Origin: Podarcis pityusensis | Lineage: Eukaryota | Length of the DNA: 64,000 nt | Strand: one strand, 5' to 3' | Assembly: GCA_964106645.2 (NCBI GenBank) | Contig: OZ067042.1 | Shown: piece by piece, positions 63,075 through 64,000 of the stretch | How positions within the stretch are numbered: position 1 is the first letter of the stretch | Layout of the letters: the number at the start of each line of letters is the position of its first letter | The notes under the pieces: model-generated | The model's database searches: none | Seen by the model: only the letters and a program-made list of their open reading frames with translations | Told to the model about the DNA's origin: nothing | Program-made: the position numbers and the translations under genes

Positions 63075-63214
63075 GTGTTCCTGCGTGGATGGATTTGAAG
63101 GTCCAACCTGCAGTCTAAGGACCAACAACTGCAACAATAACAATTGCAAGAACGGTGCCACATGCATTAATGGATCCAGCAATTACACATGCTTATGCCT
63201 TCCGTTCTTCACAG
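63075..63214 (+). CDS. SLIT1: SLIT1 exon 29 (140 nt, end of EGF2 and EGF3): CSCVDGFEGPTCSLRTNNCNNNNCKNGATCINGSSNYTCLCLPFFT
   Basis: gacag|GTGTTCC...CACAG|gtaggg; cysteine spacing intact and frame continuous with exon 28, but unusually Asn-rich. Confidence 0.87.
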
Positions 63215-63745
63215 GTAGGGCCAGGCTTGTAATGGAGGCGGATGCACGTGAAGAGAAGCAGAAGAGAGCTAAGGTAGCAAAGCACAAACTTATAAGCTGG
63301 TCAGTGCCAGAGGCAGGTTTATCCTAAGGATCTGACTACAGTGCCCAACATTTACTTTTTTTACTTTAGTGGTAGCACCTCTTCTCCACCAATACCTGAA
63401 GATACCCCAATGCATTTTTTAAAAACTAACTCTAGCTTCCCAAGTAGTAGTTCCCACTTCCCTGCCAGGTTAGTATCTAGCCCGGGAACAATAGTGTCTT
63501 TCCCTGAACAATAGAATGAGATCCACCTATACCCTGGTTGAATACTGAGTCATGGGTTTGGGAGTTAGATACAAATAACAGCATTCTGGGCTGAAGCATG
63601 AGACTATAAATATTTAATTTTAAATTATTTCATAAAATGTATTGTCAAAAGAAAAACCACCCCTCAAAGTAGTTTGGCATCTATTGTATGAATGGAAGTT
63701 TGCCATACCTTATCTCACAGTGCTTCTAGTGGGCTGCCCATAAGA

Positions 63746-63984
63746 TAGGGTTGCCATACGTCTGGAATTTCCTGGACATATCCGGAATATTGTAGTACAT
63801 CCCGCTAAGTTGTCCGGGAAAATCTGGACGTATGGCAGCCCATGATGGCAGTGTCGTTTTTGCTGATTTTCTTAAAAACTAACTTAAAAACTTCATGTGA
63901 AAGCTCAACAACTTTGGGCAAACTAAGAAAAGCTCAATAACTTTGCGGGTCCAGATTTTCACTGTTTGAAATATAGAAACCCTC
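63746..63984. mobile_element. hAT-Blackjack-like MITE, 239 bp
   Basis: Ends tagggttgcca / tagaaaccctc; TSD ccataag(a/t). Confidence 0.78.
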
Positions 63985-64000
63985 CCATAAGTTGTTGATT

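Larger units (their letters stand above)
1..64000 (+). other. SLIT1: SLIT1 transcription unit, partial (part of intron 4 through intron 29; 5' and 3' ends outside window)
   Basis: 25 in-frame exons with AG/GT boundaries encode Slit LRR and EGF domains. Peptides such as [33 protein letters not shown] and [14 protein letters not shown] match SLIT1 rather than SLIT2/3 as I recall them. Exons 1-4 were not found in 1-38276. Confidence 0.93.

Noticed and set aside
1-64000. CRISPR arrays, operons or other prokaryotic systems
   Set aside because: The sequence is a spliced vertebrate gene with squamate repeats, and no repeat-spacer array is present.

Overview
Vertebrate (squamate, most likely lacertid lizard) genomic DNA, not prokaryotic. 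The window lies inside SLIT1 (slit guidance ligand 1) on the + strand. Bases 1-38276 are the 3' part of a very large intron (intron 4 by mammalian numbering). Bases 38277-63214 carry 25 consecutive coding exons (exons 5-29), all with canonical AG/GT boundaries and a continuous frame. They encode the end of LRR domain D1, all of D2-D4, and EGF repeats 1-3. The gene start and end lie outside the window. Introns are filled with squamate repeats: Sauria SINEs, Squam2/Squam3-like SINEs, tRNA-Lys and tRNA-Asn headed CR1-tailed SINEs, L1/L2/CR1/Penelope fragments, many hAT and Tc1/mariner MITEs, and microsatellites. Best leads: (1) a young 985-bp hAT element with TIRs and an exact 8-bp TSD that carries CpG-island cargo with an ETS+CArG module; (2) a degenerate miR-218-like hairpin in the intron equivalent to the miR-218 host intron of SLIT2/SLIT3; (3) an EGF3 exon whose acidic residues appear converted to N/K at CpA junctions; (4) a weak exon-14 donor next to a 24-nt microexon; (5) unrelated MITEs carrying housekeeping-promoter motif kits. 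Homolog comparisons are from memory and no searches were run. Exon numbers are inferred from the mammalian gene.
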